A DNA stretch of 64,000 nucleotides from Chloroflexota bacterium (GTDB taxonomy: Bacteria > Chloroflexota > Anaerolineae > Anaerolineales > Anaerolineaceae). The stretch covers positions 673-64,672 of the forward strand of contig JAAYUC010000044.1 in assembly GCA_012517865.1 (NCBI GenBank), given 5' to 3'. The notes beneath the pieces were generated by a model, which saw only the letters and a program-made list of their open reading frames with translations, did no database searches and was not told the DNA's origin. Both the position numbers and the translations under genes were made by a program. This document shows positions 46,571 to 56,613 of the stretch, in pieces. Position 1 is the first letter of the stretch, and every line of letters starts with the position of its first letter.

Positions 46571-47605
46571 ATGAAAAATGATTCTATAAAAAGTGAGGTC
46601 TTCATCCCCGAAGCCCCGCGGATAAACAACCTGAGGTTTCGCCTGTTTCGCGATGAAAACGACCTCCCCGAGATGGTGCGGATAACAGACGCGCTGCGGG
46701 ATGCCGGGCAATTTTTGCATGTGGTCTCCCTGGAGGATTTGACCAGCTGGTTTCAGCACCCCGGCAACTGCGATCCCCGCCAGGACGCGCTTTTTGCTGA
46801 GCTGAACGACCAGCCGGTGGGCTACACCCGCGTGTTCTGGGAACAGGAAGAAACCCGCCCCGCGCGCATCTACACAATCATCCTGCGCATACTTCCAGAA
46901 CATCAGGGCAAAGGCCTGGAGCAGGCGCTGCTTGGGTGGGCTGAGCGCAGGCTCGCGGCCATCGCCGCCGGGCATCCCCAGGAAATGGAACGCGTGTATT
47001 CGGTTTTCTTGACCGAAGAATGTTCCGCTCTAAAGAAGGCGTTGGAAACCCGCGGATATCAGCCGGCGCGCTATTTTGTGCGTATGCGTCGCGAACTTGA
47101 AAACCTGCCCGAAGCGTCCCTGCCCGAGGGCATCGAACTGCGTCCCGCGCTCCCAAAAGACTACCGCGCTATCTGGGACGCCTCAGTGGAAGGTTTTAGA
47201 GATGAGTGGAGCTCCACTCAGGTGACCGAGGAGGATTATCAACGCTGGCTGACCGAAAGCAGCTTTCAGCCCGCCATCTGGCAAATTGCGTGGGATAAGC
47301 AAAACAACACGCCTGTGGGAATGGTCCTGAACTATATCAACGCCCTGGAAAATGAATACTATGAGCGTTTCCGCGGTTACACCGAAGGCATTTGCGTGGT
47401 GCCAGCCTGGCGCGGAAGGGGTGTGGCCCGAGCTCTCATCTGCCGTTCGCTGGCGATGATGAAAGCGCTGAACATGCGGGAGGCGGCGCTCACCGTGGAT
47501 TCAGAAAACCCTTCCGGGGCTCAGCGTCTTTACCTTGGCCTGGGTTACCAGCCTTACCATACCGCGTTGGATATGCGCAAGCCGATGCCGGCCAATCCCG
47601 CCTGA
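46571..47605 (+). CDS. Two-domain GNAT N-acetyltransferase, tandem paralog of 45484-46482
   Basis: Colinear with the upstream gene: LPEGIxxRPAxP, YxxWxExxxFQPxxWQxAWD, RGYTEGIxV and EAALTVDSxN are shared. Motif A is VPAWRGRGVARALICRSL. Confidence 0.8.
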   Translation: MKNDSIKSEVFIPEAPRINNLRFRLFRDENDLPEMVRITDALRDAGQFLHVVSLEDLTSWFQHPGNCDPRQDALFAELNDQPVGYTRVFWEQEETRPARIYTIILRILPEHQGKGLEQALLGWAERRLAAIAAGHPQEMERVYSVFLTEECSALKKALETRGYQPARYFVRMRRELENLPEASLPEGIELRPALPKDYRAIWDASVEGFRDEWSSTQVTEEDYQRWLTESSFQPAIWQIAWDKQNNTPVGMVLNYINALENEYYERFRGYTEGICVVPAWRGRGVARALICRSLAMMKALNMREAALTVDSENPSGAQRLYLGLGYQPYHTALDMRKPMPANPA

Positions 47606-47753
47606 CAAAACCTCAGCGCTGGGAGCGTTTTGCCGCTCCCAGCGCTTTGCATCGGGACGAAATCTTCCGAATTCCCTTTCAGGGTGCCAAATTAAACCGC
47701 TCCCAAAGTGCTTCAACATACCTTCAATAGCCCCACTCTGATATAATCCGCGC

Positions 47754-48365
47754 ATGCCTTTTTTTCAGCCCCCAGACCCCACGCTCCCACCCTCAGACCA
47801 TCGTTACATCGTGATTTCGGACACCCATGTCGGCGACCGGGTCAAAAAACTGGATACGCGCCTTGTGGAGAATTTCCGCGCGTTTCGCCCGGAGGCAATT
47901 CTGCACGCCGGGGATATCAGCTCCGCCGAAGCGCTCCAGGAACTGGAAGCGATATCGCCGGTCGCAGCGGTCCAGGGCAACCGCGATTGGCTGCGCCGTC
48001 TGAAGCTCCCGAAGGAATGGCGCTTTGAGGTTAACGGCGTCCGGGTGGTGCTCACGCACGGGCATGTCAGTATGTGGCACTATACCCTGAATTATGTGCG
48101 CCTGCTCATCACCGGCCGGAAAGTGAATGTGCGCGCCTTTCGCGACCGTCTGGCGCAGCGCTACCCCGAAGCCGACCTGATTATTTTCGGCCATACCCAT
48201 TTTCAACTCTTCGAGCAGGTTGGCAATAAGCAGTTCCTTAATCCCGGCGCGGCCTATCCGCATCTGCTGAATCACCGCCAGATTCAATATTGTGAATTGA
48301 CCATCAGCGCGGACGGGCAGGTGCAGGCGCGTAATGTCAGCCTTCCCGACCGGGTTCACGTATAA
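47754..48365 (+). CDS. Metallophosphoesterase (YfcE/MJ0936 family)
   Basis: ISDTHVGD, HAGDI, GNRD, LTHGH and FGHTH motifs. TATAAT (47742-47747) lies 6 nt before the ATG. Confidence 0.85.
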   Translation: MPFFQPPDPTLPPSDHRYIVISDTHVGDRVKKLDTRLVENFRAFRPEAILHAGDISSAEALQELEAISPVAAVQGNRDWLRRLKLPKEWRFEVNGVRVVLTHGHVSMWHYTLNYVRLLITGRKVNVRAFRDRLAQRYPEADLIIFGHTHFQLFEQVGNKQFLNPGAAYPHLLNHRQIQYCELTISADGQVQARNVSLPDRVHV

Positions 48366-48379
48366 TTAAGTAAAACCTC

Positions 48380-49171
48380 ATGACACAGGAAATTATCACT
48401 TCCGCTCAGAATCCGCGTTTGCAGGAAGCGCGCGCCCTGCTCAATCAGGTCAAAGCGCGCCGCAAGCTGCGGGCTTTTGCCGCGGAGGGCGCCCGCCTGG
48501 TAGAGGATGGACTGCGCTCTGGGGCGCGCGTCCGCAGCCTGCTTGTGCGTGCGGCGCACCCGCCGCGCGTCCAAACCATACTATCTCACATTCCGGAAGG
48601 CACGGTAGTGCACCTTGTGGATGACAAATTGTTCGATTCTCTGGCCGATACGGTTAACAGCCAGGGGATTATCGGCATTTTTGACCTGCCGGAATGGCCG
48701 CTGCCGGGGGACCTCAATTTTGCCCTCATCCTGGACCAAATGCGCGACCCAGGCAACCTGGGCACCATTCTGCGCTCGGCGGAAGCTGCCGGCGCGCAGG
48801 CTGTTTTTCTCACTCCCGGCACCACCGACGCTTTCGCGCCGAAAGTCGTGCGCTCAGGCATGGGAGCGCATTTCCGCCTGCCAATTTTTGCGCTGGAGTG
48901 GGAAGCGCTCAAAGCCGCGGTCGCCGGATTAAATGTTTTCCTTGCCGATATGGCTGGCGAGCAAAGCTGCTGGCAGGCTGATTTTTCCGCGCCGTGCGCC
49001 CTGCTGATTGGCGGCGAAGCCGAAGGCGCCAGCCCGGAAGCGCGCGAACTTGTCACGCGCAGCGTGCACATCCCAATGGCGGGGGCCAGCGAATCGCTCA
49101 ACGCGGCGGTTTCAGCAGCCGTTCTGCTTTTCGAAGTTCTCCGACAGCGCAGCGCGGGAGGAACCGCATGA
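48380..49171 (+). CDS. TrmH/SpoU-family RNA 2'-O-methyltransferase
   Basis: SPOUT motifs LDQMRDPGNLGTILRSAEAAG, LLIGGEAEGAS and ESLNAAVSAAVLLFE. Confidence 0.85.
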   Translation: MTQEIITSAQNPRLQEARALLNQVKARRKLRAFAAEGARLVEDGLRSGARVRSLLVRAAHPPRVQTILSHIPEGTVVHLVDDKLFDSLADTVNSQGIIGIFDLPEWPLPGDLNFALILDQMRDPGNLGTILRSAEAAGAQAVFLTPGTTDAFAPKVVRSGMGAHFRLPIFALEWEALKAAVAGLNVFLADMAGEQSCWQADFSAPCALLIGGEAEGASPEARELVTRSVHIPMAGASESLNAAVSAAVLLFEVLRQRSAGGTA

Positions 49172-50382
49172 AAATCCGCTCAATTACTGTTTTTTGCGCG
49201 CTGGGCTACCCTGCCAACCGGCTGCTCTTGCAGCATCTGGGCATCTTCGCGAATCACGCCCGCGCGCTCTTCACGCAGGAAGGTTTTGAGGTGGAGACTC
49301 TCCGTCTGGCGCTGCCGCCTTTTTCTGAATTCGTAAACCCGCGCGATCTGAGCGCCGCCGCCCAAAACCTTTCCATCGAAGCGCACGCGGAAGGCTTTGA
49401 ATATCTCTCGCTCGGCCCGGCCCTGACGACAGACCCGGAAGCTTACCCGCGCATCCCTGAAGCCCTGGCAAAAACCCATGGGGTTTTCTTTTCTGGGATG
49501 CTCACCACGCCGCAAGGCGAAGTCTCTTTGCCCGCCGCAAAATCCTGCGCGGAAATTATTGCCCAGCTTGCCGGGCAGAGCCCGGACGGCTTTGCCAACC
49601 TGAACTTCTGCGCGTCTGCCAATGTGCCGCCCTACGCGCCATTTTTCCCGGCCGCCTACGCCGCAAGCGAACCACCCGCCTTTGCTTTGGCGATGGAAGC
49701 TGCCGACCTGGCAGTCAGCGTATTTACTGCCGCCGGAAGCCTGCAAGAGGCGCGCGCCAATCTCATCGAGGAAGTGGAAAAGGCCGCCCAAAAGCTGGAA
49801 GCTGCCGCGAATAATCTCAGCCGCATGTACGGTTATGATTTTAAAGGGCTTGATTTTACGCTCGCTCCATTCCCGGAAGTACAATCGTCGATTGGCGGTG
49901 CGCTCGAGGCGCTTGGCCTGCCGGCGTTTGGCCTTGCCGGCTCTCTTTTCGCATCTGCCTTCCTGACAGACACGCTGGACCGCGCGCGCTTTACCCGCAC
50001 AGGCTTCAACGGCCTGATGCTGCCGGTGCTGGAAGATTCCGGGCTTGCGCGGCGCGCGGCCGAAGGCACCCTGACGGCCCAGGACCTGCTCCTGTGCTCC
50101 GCCGTGTGCGGGACAGGCCTCGACGTCATCCCACTGCCCGGGGATACCAGCGCGGACCAGCTTTACCCACTGCTGTTGGACGTCGCCGCGCTGGCACTGC
50201 GCCTGGGAAAGCCGCTGACCGCCCGGCTCATGCCAATTTCAGGCAAAAAAGCTGGCGACCCAACCGAGTTTGACTTTCCGTATTTTGCCAACAGCCGCGT
50301 AATGCCGCTGCGAGCGGAAAAAACCACAGGATTGCTCTCCAACGCAGAAATTGTGCCGCTTGCCCGCCGCCAGCCGCGCTAA
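49168..50382 (+). CDS. DUF711/UPF0210-family protein
   Basis: MKIRSITVFCALGYP... (404 aa). ATGA overlap with the preceding gene, and GGGAGG upstream. The family call is from memory of the N-terminal signature. Confidence 0.7.
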   Translation: MKIRSITVFCALGYPANRLLLQHLGIFANHARALFTQEGFEVETLRLALPPFSEFVNPRDLSAAAQNLSIEAHAEGFEYLSLGPALTTDPEAYPRIPEALAKTHGVFFSGMLTTPQGEVSLPAAKSCAEIIAQLAGQSPDGFANLNFCASANVPPYAPFFPAAYAASEPPAFALAMEAADLAVSVFTAAGSLQEARANLIEEVEKAAQKLEAAANNLSRMYGYDFKGLDFTLAPFPEVQSSIGGALEALGLPAFGLAGSLFASAFLTDTLDRARFTRTGFNGLMLPVLEDSGLARRAAEGTLTAQDLLLCSAVCGTGLDVIPLPGDTSADQLYPLLLDVAALALRLGKPLTARLMPISGKKAGDPTEFDFPYFANSRVMPLRAEKTTGLLSNAEIVPLARRQPR

Positions 50383-50411
50383 ATATTCAGTATGTGAATA
50401 CATCCTGGGGG

Positions 50412-51170
50412 TCAGCGAACCTGTTTAAAGTTCACAATAATCAGATTTGCCTGGCACGAAGCGGTAACATTCAGAAAGGTGCGGGTTGAAAGCACCTCTC
50501 CGTTTTCATCTTCCAGCTGTATGTAAATATTGCCATCCGCGATTTGCTTATTGGTGAGCGCGAATTCATAACCGGAACGGCCGTAAATCGCGGAGGAACC
50601 GCTTTTTACTGTCATATCCACGATATCTCCGCCGTAAGTGCCGCCCAGCCGCACCACCAACCCTAAAAGCGGCGAATCCTGCAAATCCCAGACCTGCCCG
50701 CCGATGAAAAGGTAATCTTCGCAGGCGTACTCCGGATGAAACAGCGTGTGCGAGAGACCTTCTGGAGTGCCGCGGATGACGAAGGGCATGCTCTTTTCGG
50801 TCGCGGTAGGAGTGCGGGTGGAGGTTTTGGTAGGGGTCGGGGTCCGCGTAACCGTCGGAGTAAAAGACGGCAGCGGGGTATGCGTGGCGGTAGGAGTCTG
50901 AGAAGCGGCCAGTGTTACGCCCGGCTGTGCGTCCATTTGCGGGCTCGCGGTGAACGTCGGGCTGGGAATTGGCGTGGTTTTGCGCACCACCGGCGCTGTG
51001 ATGATTCCGGAGGCTACCAGCAGTACAATCAGAATAATAATCATCAAAACGATGCCGATGGTAATGCTGGAACACGAACCGCGTTTGCGGCGCGCCATGC
51101 TTGGGATACCGCTTGGGGTATCGGCGGAACCGCGCCGTTTAGCTGCGCCCATCGGCCTCGGATTTCTCAC
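50412..51170 (-). CDS. Membrane-anchored hypothetical protein with a Thr/Pro linker and a ~130-aa extracytoplasmic domain
   Basis: TM helix ITIGIVLMIIILIVLLVASGII, then a TPTPTKTSTRTPT-type linker. The C-terminal domain is not recognised. The start could be GTG 51170 (GTGA overlap with the upstream gene) or ATG 51152. Confidence 0.55.
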   Translation of the reverse strand: MRNPRPMGAAKRRGSADTPSGIPSMARRKRGSCSSITIGIVLMIIILIVLLVASGIITAPVVRKTTPIPSPTFTASPQMDAQPGVTLAASQTPTATHTPLPSFTPTVTRTPTPTKTSTRTPTATEKSMPFVIRGTPEGLSHTLFHPEYACEDYLFIGGQVWDLQDSPLLGLVVRLGGTYGGDIVDMTVKSGSSAIYGRSGYEFALTNKQIADGNIYIQLEDENGEVLSTRTFLNVTASCQANLIIVNFKQVR

Positions 51171-52081
51171 GGCAGCACCTGTTCAATCCGGGCCTGGGCG
51201 CGTTGGGCTGCCAGCCACTGCGCCAAAGCCTGCGTCTGCAGGCTCAGCCGCGCGTCTGTGGTAAGCGGATGCGCGTCTGAACGTTCCATCACTTGAATGA
51301 TGTGATATCCAATTTCAGTCTGGATGATGCCGGAATGCTCGCCCGGAGCGAGCGAGAAAGCCGCCGCTTCAATATCCGGGAAAAGCAGATACCCGCGCGG
51401 AAACCAACCCAGTTCGCCGCCGGTTTCGGGGCTGTACTGCCAGGCCAGGTCATCAAAACTGGCGCCGGAATTCAGGCTGGCGAGCGCTCGTTCAGCTCCG
51501 GCCGCGGTTTGGGCGAATATCTGACGGGCGCGCACCTGTTCCACAGCCGCGGGCACCGCGCTGATAATCTGGTCGCGCTGCCAGGCTGCTTCCGTGCTCA
51601 GTTTGAGCGCGTAGCGGAACTCCGCGTCGTCGTAGTGATTGGCGTTCATCCAATCGGTCAGCGCGCTGCCAGAGCCAAGCTGGGCGAGCAAGGCGTCTAT
51701 ACGCGCCTGCACGTCCGCGTCGCTGAAGGTGAAACCAGCCTGGCGGGCCTGCTGCGCCAGGAGCAGCTGGTCAATCAAAGCGTTTAAAACCGCCGTCTGA
51801 ATCTCATCTTCCGCCGGCAGCGTTTCCCCTTCCGCGAAGGAGGCGCGGTAGCGCAAAACCTCGTTCTGGAAATAGGTAAGCGGAATGGGTTCACCATTCA
51901 CCAGCGCGGCTGCCGGCAGGCTGGTGGGAGTGGGGCTTGGGGCGGGCGTGTCTGTTGCCGCGATGACAGTTGGTTCAGGCGGCGTTATACCCTGTGTTGG
52001 GGTTCCGGGGGTGCCTGCCCGACACCCGGCAAGCGCAAGGCACAAAACAAGCAGGTACCCCGTTATTTTCGCTTTCAACAT
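51167..52081 (-). CDS. Parvulin-type peptidyl-prolyl isomerase lipoprotein (SurA/PrsA-like)
   Basis: Lipobox LALAGC at the chosen start (MLKAKITGYLLVLCLALAGC). PpiC domain: ARQIFA...FDDLAWQYS...GGELGWFPRG...IGYHIIQV. Confidence 0.8.
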   Translation of the reverse strand: MLKAKITGYLLVLCLALAGCRAGTPGTPTQGITPPEPTVIAATDTPAPSPTPTSLPAAALVNGEPIPLTYFQNEVLRYRASFAEGETLPAEDEIQTAVLNALIDQLLLAQQARQAGFTFSDADVQARIDALLAQLGSGSALTDWMNANHYDDAEFRYALKLSTEAAWQRDQIISAVPAAVEQVRARQIFAQTAAGAERALASLNSGASFDDLAWQYSPETGGELGWFPRGYLLFPDIEAAAFSLAPGEHSGIIQTEIGYHIIQVMERSDAHPLTTDARLSLQTQALAQWLAAQRAQARIEQVLP

Positions 52082-52115
52082 AGGATAATTATACCCATTT
52101 ACCGCGGTAAAGGCG

Positions 52116-53021
52116 CTACACCTCGATACCAAACACGCTGCGCACAAGATACCCAATTCCAAAGCTGAAAACGGCCACGCCCAGGCTGATTGCCGCCATT
52201 CTGCCAAAGTGCTTTAGGAAGGACTCTTCCCGCACCACCGAATTGTAAAAATTGAAAAGGGCAATCACCAGCACGCCGGTAATCAGCATGGCTGCCAGCG
52301 CTGCGTAATAGCTCTTGAACAGCAAATACGGCAGGATTAGAACCGTCACGGTGATGATGTACGCGATTCCGGTGTAGATAGAAGCTTTGAGTGGGTTTTT
52401 GTTAGTCTCTTCCGAGCTGGTAGATAGAAACTCAGAAGCTGCCATCGATAGAGCCGCCGCGATGCCGGTAATCAGACCGCTCAGAGCGATGAGGCGCGTA
52501 TTTTGGAAGGCCAGCGTCAGGCCGGCCAGGGTGCCGGTCAATTCCACCAGCGCGTCATTCAATCCAAGCACGACCGAACCCGAATACTTAAGGCTTTCTT
52601 CGTCAATCATGCCAATCAGCTTCTCTTCATGCTTATCTTCGTCCTGGATGATGGCTTCCAGCTCGGGAAAACGCGCCTTGTAAGGGGCATACCCTTCCGA
52701 AGCTTTGTCTTCATCGTTCTCAAGCATCTTGATGACGAAGGTATACCCAAACAGGCGTCCAAGCAGTAAATAGACGAATACCTTTAGTTTATTCGCCCTG
52801 ACCTCCTGACCGCTGTAGCGCAGCCAGGTGCGGTAATGCCCCAGTTCATCCCGCGAAAGGTTCGCGATAATTTTGCTGTTGGCCGGGTCTTTGACGATTT
52901 TGGCGAGTCCTTTATAAATCTCGTAACCGTTTATCTCGTCTTGTTGAAACCGCAGGATTTGTTTGATTGGCAGGTTTTCAGAGTTCACGTGTTCTTTTTC
53001 CCATTTCTTTACTGAGTACAT
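52116..53021 (-). CDS. VIT1/CCC1-family Fe/Mn transporter with an N-terminal ferritin-like domain
   Basis: N-terminus EINGYEIYKGLA...ELGHY...DEDKHE (di-iron-like ExxH pattern). C-terminus VLGLNDALVELTGTLAGL and five TM helices. Confidence 0.8.
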   Translation of the reverse strand: MYSVKKWEKEHVNSENLPIKQILRFQQDEINGYEIYKGLAKIVKDPANSKIIANLSRDELGHYRTWLRYSGQEVRANKLKVFVYLLLGRLFGYTFVIKMLENDEDKASEGYAPYKARFPELEAIIQDEDKHEEKLIGMIDEESLKYSGSVVLGLNDALVELTGTLAGLTLAFQNTRLIALSGLITGIAAALSMAASEFLSTSSEETNKNPLKASIYTGIAYIITVTVLILPYLLFKSYYAALAAMLITGVLVIALFNFYNSVVREESFLKHFGRMAAISLGVAVFSFGIGYLVRSVFGIEV

Positions 53022-53154
53022 TGTAACAAAATTATGCCGATATCCAGTTCTCGGCAGCATCAAAACACAACATCGCCGCGTGCCTGCCTGGCGGGGTGCG
53101 CAGCGCTCCCGCGCGTGCTGCTTCCAACTTCACATTTCCGAGTCTGGATAACAG

Positions 53155-53178
53155 GAAGCCGTCCTTGCGGACGGCTTC
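53155..53178. terminator. GC-rich hairpin downstream of groEL
   Basis: GAAGCCGTCC (53155-53164), loop TTGC, GGACGGCTTC (53169-53178). The T-run is on the plus side only, so its strength as a minus-strand groEL terminator is uncertain. Confidence 0.4.
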
Positions 53179-53200
53179 ATTTTTGGACCGAAAATGGATT

Positions 53201-54835
53201 TTAGTAATCCATGCCACCCTGAGGCATTGCCGGGGCGGCTTTCTCTTCAGGAATATCGGTGATCAGAGCTTCGGTGGTCAGGATCATCGCCGCGATAGAA
53301 GCAGCGTTCTCCAGAGCGCCGCGCGTAACCTTGGCGGGGTCAATCACGCCGCTGGCAACCAGGTCCGCGTATTCCTCATTGAGGACGTTGTAACCAAGGT
53401 GCTTGTTGCCGGTCGCAGCCTGTTTCTGGCGCACTGTTTCGACGACAACCGAACCGTCCTTGCCGGCGTTCTCAGCGATGCGGCGCATCGGGATTTCGAG
53501 AGCGTTGCGGACGATGTTCACACCGATTTGAGCGTCGGTGCTGTCCATCTTAAGTTCGGATAGAGCTTCGACAGCGTTGACCAGGGCGACACCGCCGCCA
53601 GCCACGATGCCTTCCTCAACCGCGGCACGGGTCGCGGAGAGGGCGTCTTCCACGCGGTGCTTCTTTTCTTTCAGTTCAGTCTCGGTAGCAGCGCCAACGC
53701 GGATGATGGCAACGCCGCCCGAGAGTTTAGCCAGACGTTCCTGCAGTTTTTCGCGGTCGTAATCGCTGGTAGTATTTTCAATTTCCACACGAATCTGCTC
53801 GATGCGGCCCTTAATCGCGGAGGGATTGCCTTTACCGCCGACGATGGTGGTGTTGTCTTTATCCGTGGTGACCTTCTCGGCGCGGCCGAGGTCTTCGATG
53901 GTGGCGCTTTCCAGCTTGCGGCCGGTCTCTTCGGAGATAACGGTGGCGCCGGTCAGAACGGCGATATCCTGCAGCATGGCCTTGCGGCGGTCGCCAAAGC
54001 CGGGGGCTTTCACGGCGATGACATTAATCATGCCGCGGATTTTGTTCACAACCAGGGTGGCCAGGGCTTCGCCGTCCACATCTTCAGCGATGATGACGAT
54101 TTCGCGCTTTCCAACCTGAATCATCTTCTCAAGGAGAGGCACGATGTCCGCGGCAGCGGAGATTTTCTTGTCGTAGACCAGAATATAAGGATCATCCAGG
54201 CTGGCTTCCATGTGCTCGTTATCGTTGATGAAGTAAGGAGAAATGTAACCGCGGTCGAACTGCATACCTTCGACGTACTCGGTTTCAAATTCCAGGCCTT
54301 TGGATTCCTCTACGGTGATAACGCCGTCTTTGCCGACTTTGTCCATCACATCCGCGATGAGCTTGCCAATTTCAGCATCCTGAGCGGAGATTGTCGCGAC
54401 GGAGCCGATTTCTTCTTTAGTGGTGATGTTGATAGCCTGGTCGTGAATGGCTTCAGCAACCGCTTTGGCGGCAGCTTCAATACCGCGCTTGAGCAGCATC
54501 GGGTTCGCGCCGGCGGCCAGGTTCTTCAGACCTTCGCTGACCATCGCGTGCGCGAGGACAGTGGAGGTGGTGGTGCCGTCACCGGCGATATCGTTGGTTT
54601 TGGTCGCCGCTTCCTTAAGTAGCTGGGCGCCCATATTCTCAAAGGGGTCTTTCAGTTCGATTTCCTTGGCAACCGTCACACCGTCGTGTGTGATGGTGGG
54701 GGAACCGTACTTGCGGTCCAAAGCGACATTGCGGCCCTTGGGACCAAGAGTGGTGGCAACAGCGTTCGCCACGATATCCACGCCGTTTTTCAGGGCGCGG
54801 CGTGCTTCATCCGAAAAAATAAGTTGTTTAGCCAT
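53201..54835 (-). CDS. groEL: Chaperonin GroEL
   Basis: [15 protein letters not shown]...[15 protein letters not shown]... with a C-terminal PQGGMDY tail. Confidence 0.97.
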   Translation of the reverse strand: MAKQLIFSDEARRALKNGVDIVANAVATTLGPKGRNVALDRKYGSPTITHDGVTVAKEIELKDPFENMGAQLLKEAATKTNDIAGDGTTTSTVLAHAMVSEGLKNLAAGANPMLLKRGIEAAAKAVAEAIHDQAINITTKEEIGSVATISAQDAEIGKLIADVMDKVGKDGVITVEESKGLEFETEYVEGMQFDRGYISPYFINDNEHMEASLDDPYILVYDKKISAAADIVPLLEKMIQVGKREIVIIAEDVDGEALATLVVNKIRGMINVIAVKAPGFGDRRKAMLQDIAVLTGATVISEETGRKLESATIEDLGRAEKVTTDKDNTTIVGGKGNPSAIKGRIEQIRVEIENTTSDYDREKLQERLAKLSGGVAIIRVGAATETELKEKKHRVEDALSATRAAVEEGIVAGGGVALVNAVEALSELKMDSTDAQIGVNIVRNALEIPMRRIAENAGKDGSVVVETVRQKQAATGNKHLGYNVLNEEYADLVASGVIDPAKVTRGALENAASIAAMILTTEALITDIPEEKAAPAMPQGGMDY

Positions 54836-54860
54836 AAAAAATCTCCTTCAATCGCAATAA

Positions 54861-55154
54861 TTAACCGAGGATAGCGAGGATGTCGCTTTCGCGCAGAATC
54901 AACAGTTTCTTGCCTTCATACTTGATTTCAGTGCCGGAATACTTGGCGAACAGAACCAAATCGCCAACCTTCACATCCATCGCGATGCGTTCGCCTTTTT
55001 CATTTCGGTCGCCAGGACCAACCGCGATCACGGTACCCTTCTGGGGTTTTTCTTTCGCGGTATCAGGCAGAACAATACCACCGGGGGTGACCTCATCCTG
55101 CTCTTTTGGTTCAACCACCAAACGGCTTCCCAAAGGTTTCATTGCTATTGTCAT
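54861..55154 (-). CDS. groES: Co-chaperonin GroES
   Basis: [16 protein letters not shown]...[23 protein letters not shown]. The ATG at 55154 has GGAGG upstream. Confidence 0.95.
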   Translation of the reverse strand: MTIAMKPLGSRLVVEPKEQDEVTPGGIVLPDTAKEKPQKGTVIAVGPGDRNEKGERIAMDVKVGDLVLFAKYSGTEIKYEGKKLLILRESDILAILG

Positions 55155-55191
55155 ATATTCCTCCAAATTTTTTTGGTTTTTTCTCAACATT

Positions 55192-55218
55192 TTAGCACTC
55201 TAAAGATTTGAGTGCTAA
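55192..55218 (-). promoter_or_regulatory. CIRCE operator (HrcA binding site)
   Basis: A perfect match to the consensus, TTAGCACTC-N9-GAGTGCTAA, 38 nt upstream of the groES start. Confidence 0.9.
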
Positions 55219-55294
55219 CACACACTATGATACAACCCCCAAAACCAGAAGTCAAGGGTTGATAAAGACTTCTTACATTCTTCTAATATCGGAG

Positions 55295-56611
55295 TTATTC
55301 GCCGCTGCAGATGGCTTCGCTGGCTCCCACAATTCCCATAATCGTGGGGTTATTCGCGTACATCGCGCGCACCTCCGCCAGCACTTCCAGAGCCTTTTCA
55401 CACTTGTCGTCGCCCGGGCGGTGCAGACCGGCCAGCACGGAACCGTAAATATAGTAGTAAGTCACAGTGGTATCCGAAAGCGGCAGGCCTTCAATCACGA
55501 TTTGCTCTTCTTCCGGATTTTCGCACTCCCGGGCTTCGCAGCTGGTAGCCGCGTCGCAGCCGCGCACCGCGCACTGCAGCAGCGGGATGGAACCTTCGTA
55601 GTTGCGCGCGCGGTAATAGATGACCCCCACCTGACCGTAAGTGTCCGCGTTGTAAGGGCTTAGCGTAAGCGCCTTATAGGCATTGCGCGACGCCACCATC
55701 GCCTCGCCCATGCGCACGTAGGTATTGGCAATCAGCATGTACGGAATGGGATCCTTTATGCCCAACTGTTCATTCAAGCTGGCAGCGCGGTCAAAGTATT
55801 CCAGCGCCACGTCGTACTGTTCCAGGTGGCGGTAGAGCCTGCCAACGGAATTGTACAAAAACGTCAGGTTGGGCGTGATATCGATGGCCTTTTTATATTC
55901 CTCAATCGCCAGATTATACTCACCCAGCACTTCGTAAAGGTAAGCCTGGATGCGGTGCACATCCATGTACTGAGCGCCGTTTTCCATCGCCTGCGCCATG
56001 TATTCCCGCGCCTGCACCCATTTGTACTGGTCCGTTAGAATTTCGGCGTAATAGGCCATTGCCAGCGTGTTTTTGCTGTCCATTTGAAGCGCCATCAGCG
56101 CTTCGGATTCAGCTTCGTTCTGCAGGTTCTGGGCCTCGGCGCCTGCCAGCGTTGGGTTCGCGTTCCAGTTCAGCACAAAAGCGCGCGTGGCAAGCACATC
56201 AGAATTATTTGGCTCCAGGGCTTTGGCCTGGTTAATTACAGCCAGCGCTTCAGCCAGCCGCGCCCGCCGGTCCGCGTCTGTTGTCAGCGTGTTGGAGGAA
56301 TACACCTGAATCTTTGCCAGCTCCACCAAAAGTTTGGTATTTCCCGGGTCCATCGCCACGGCTTTTTTGTAGGATTCAATGGCCAGTTCCAGGTTGCCCG
56401 CCAGAAAGTGTGTGCTGCCCTCCACCATGTAGGAATTTATTGTGCGGGTAGGTGTGGGTGTAGGAATAAAAGGCGGCCAGATAGCTCCCTGGGCGTAACT
56501 GCGCAACACAGCCACCAGCACGACAATCACCAGCAGCAGCAGCATTATCCGGTACGGATTGGACTGGTTTTTGGGGTTGCGAAACAGGTTTTGTCGTTCT
56601 TTGATGTACAT
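55295..56611 (-). CDS. Membrane-anchored TPR-repeat protein (438 aa)
   Basis: N-terminal TM helix (IMLLLLVIVVLVAVL) followed by about ten TPR-like 34-aa units (for example AIESYKKAVAMDPGN, AIEEYKKAIDITPN). Confidence 0.8.
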   Translation of the reverse strand: MYIKERQNLFRNPKNQSNPYRIMLLLLVIVVLVAVLRSYAQGAIWPPFIPTPTPTRTINSYMVEGSTHFLAGNLELAIESYKKAVAMDPGNTKLLVELAKIQVYSSNTLTTDADRRARLAEALAVINQAKALEPNNSDVLATRAFVLNWNANPTLAGAEAQNLQNEAESEALMALQMDSKNTLAMAYYAEILTDQYKWVQAREYMAQAMENGAQYMDVHRIQAYLYEVLGEYNLAIEEYKKAIDITPNLTFLYNSVGRLYRHLEQYDVALEYFDRAASLNEQLGIKDPIPYMLIANTYVRMGEAMVASRNAYKALTLSPYNADTYGQVGVIYYRARNYEGSIPLLQCAVRGCDAATSCEARECENPEEEQIVIEGLPLSDTTVTYYYIYGSVLAGLHRPGDDKCEKALEVLAEVRAMYANNPTIMGIVGASEAICSGE

Positions 56612-56613
56612 GC

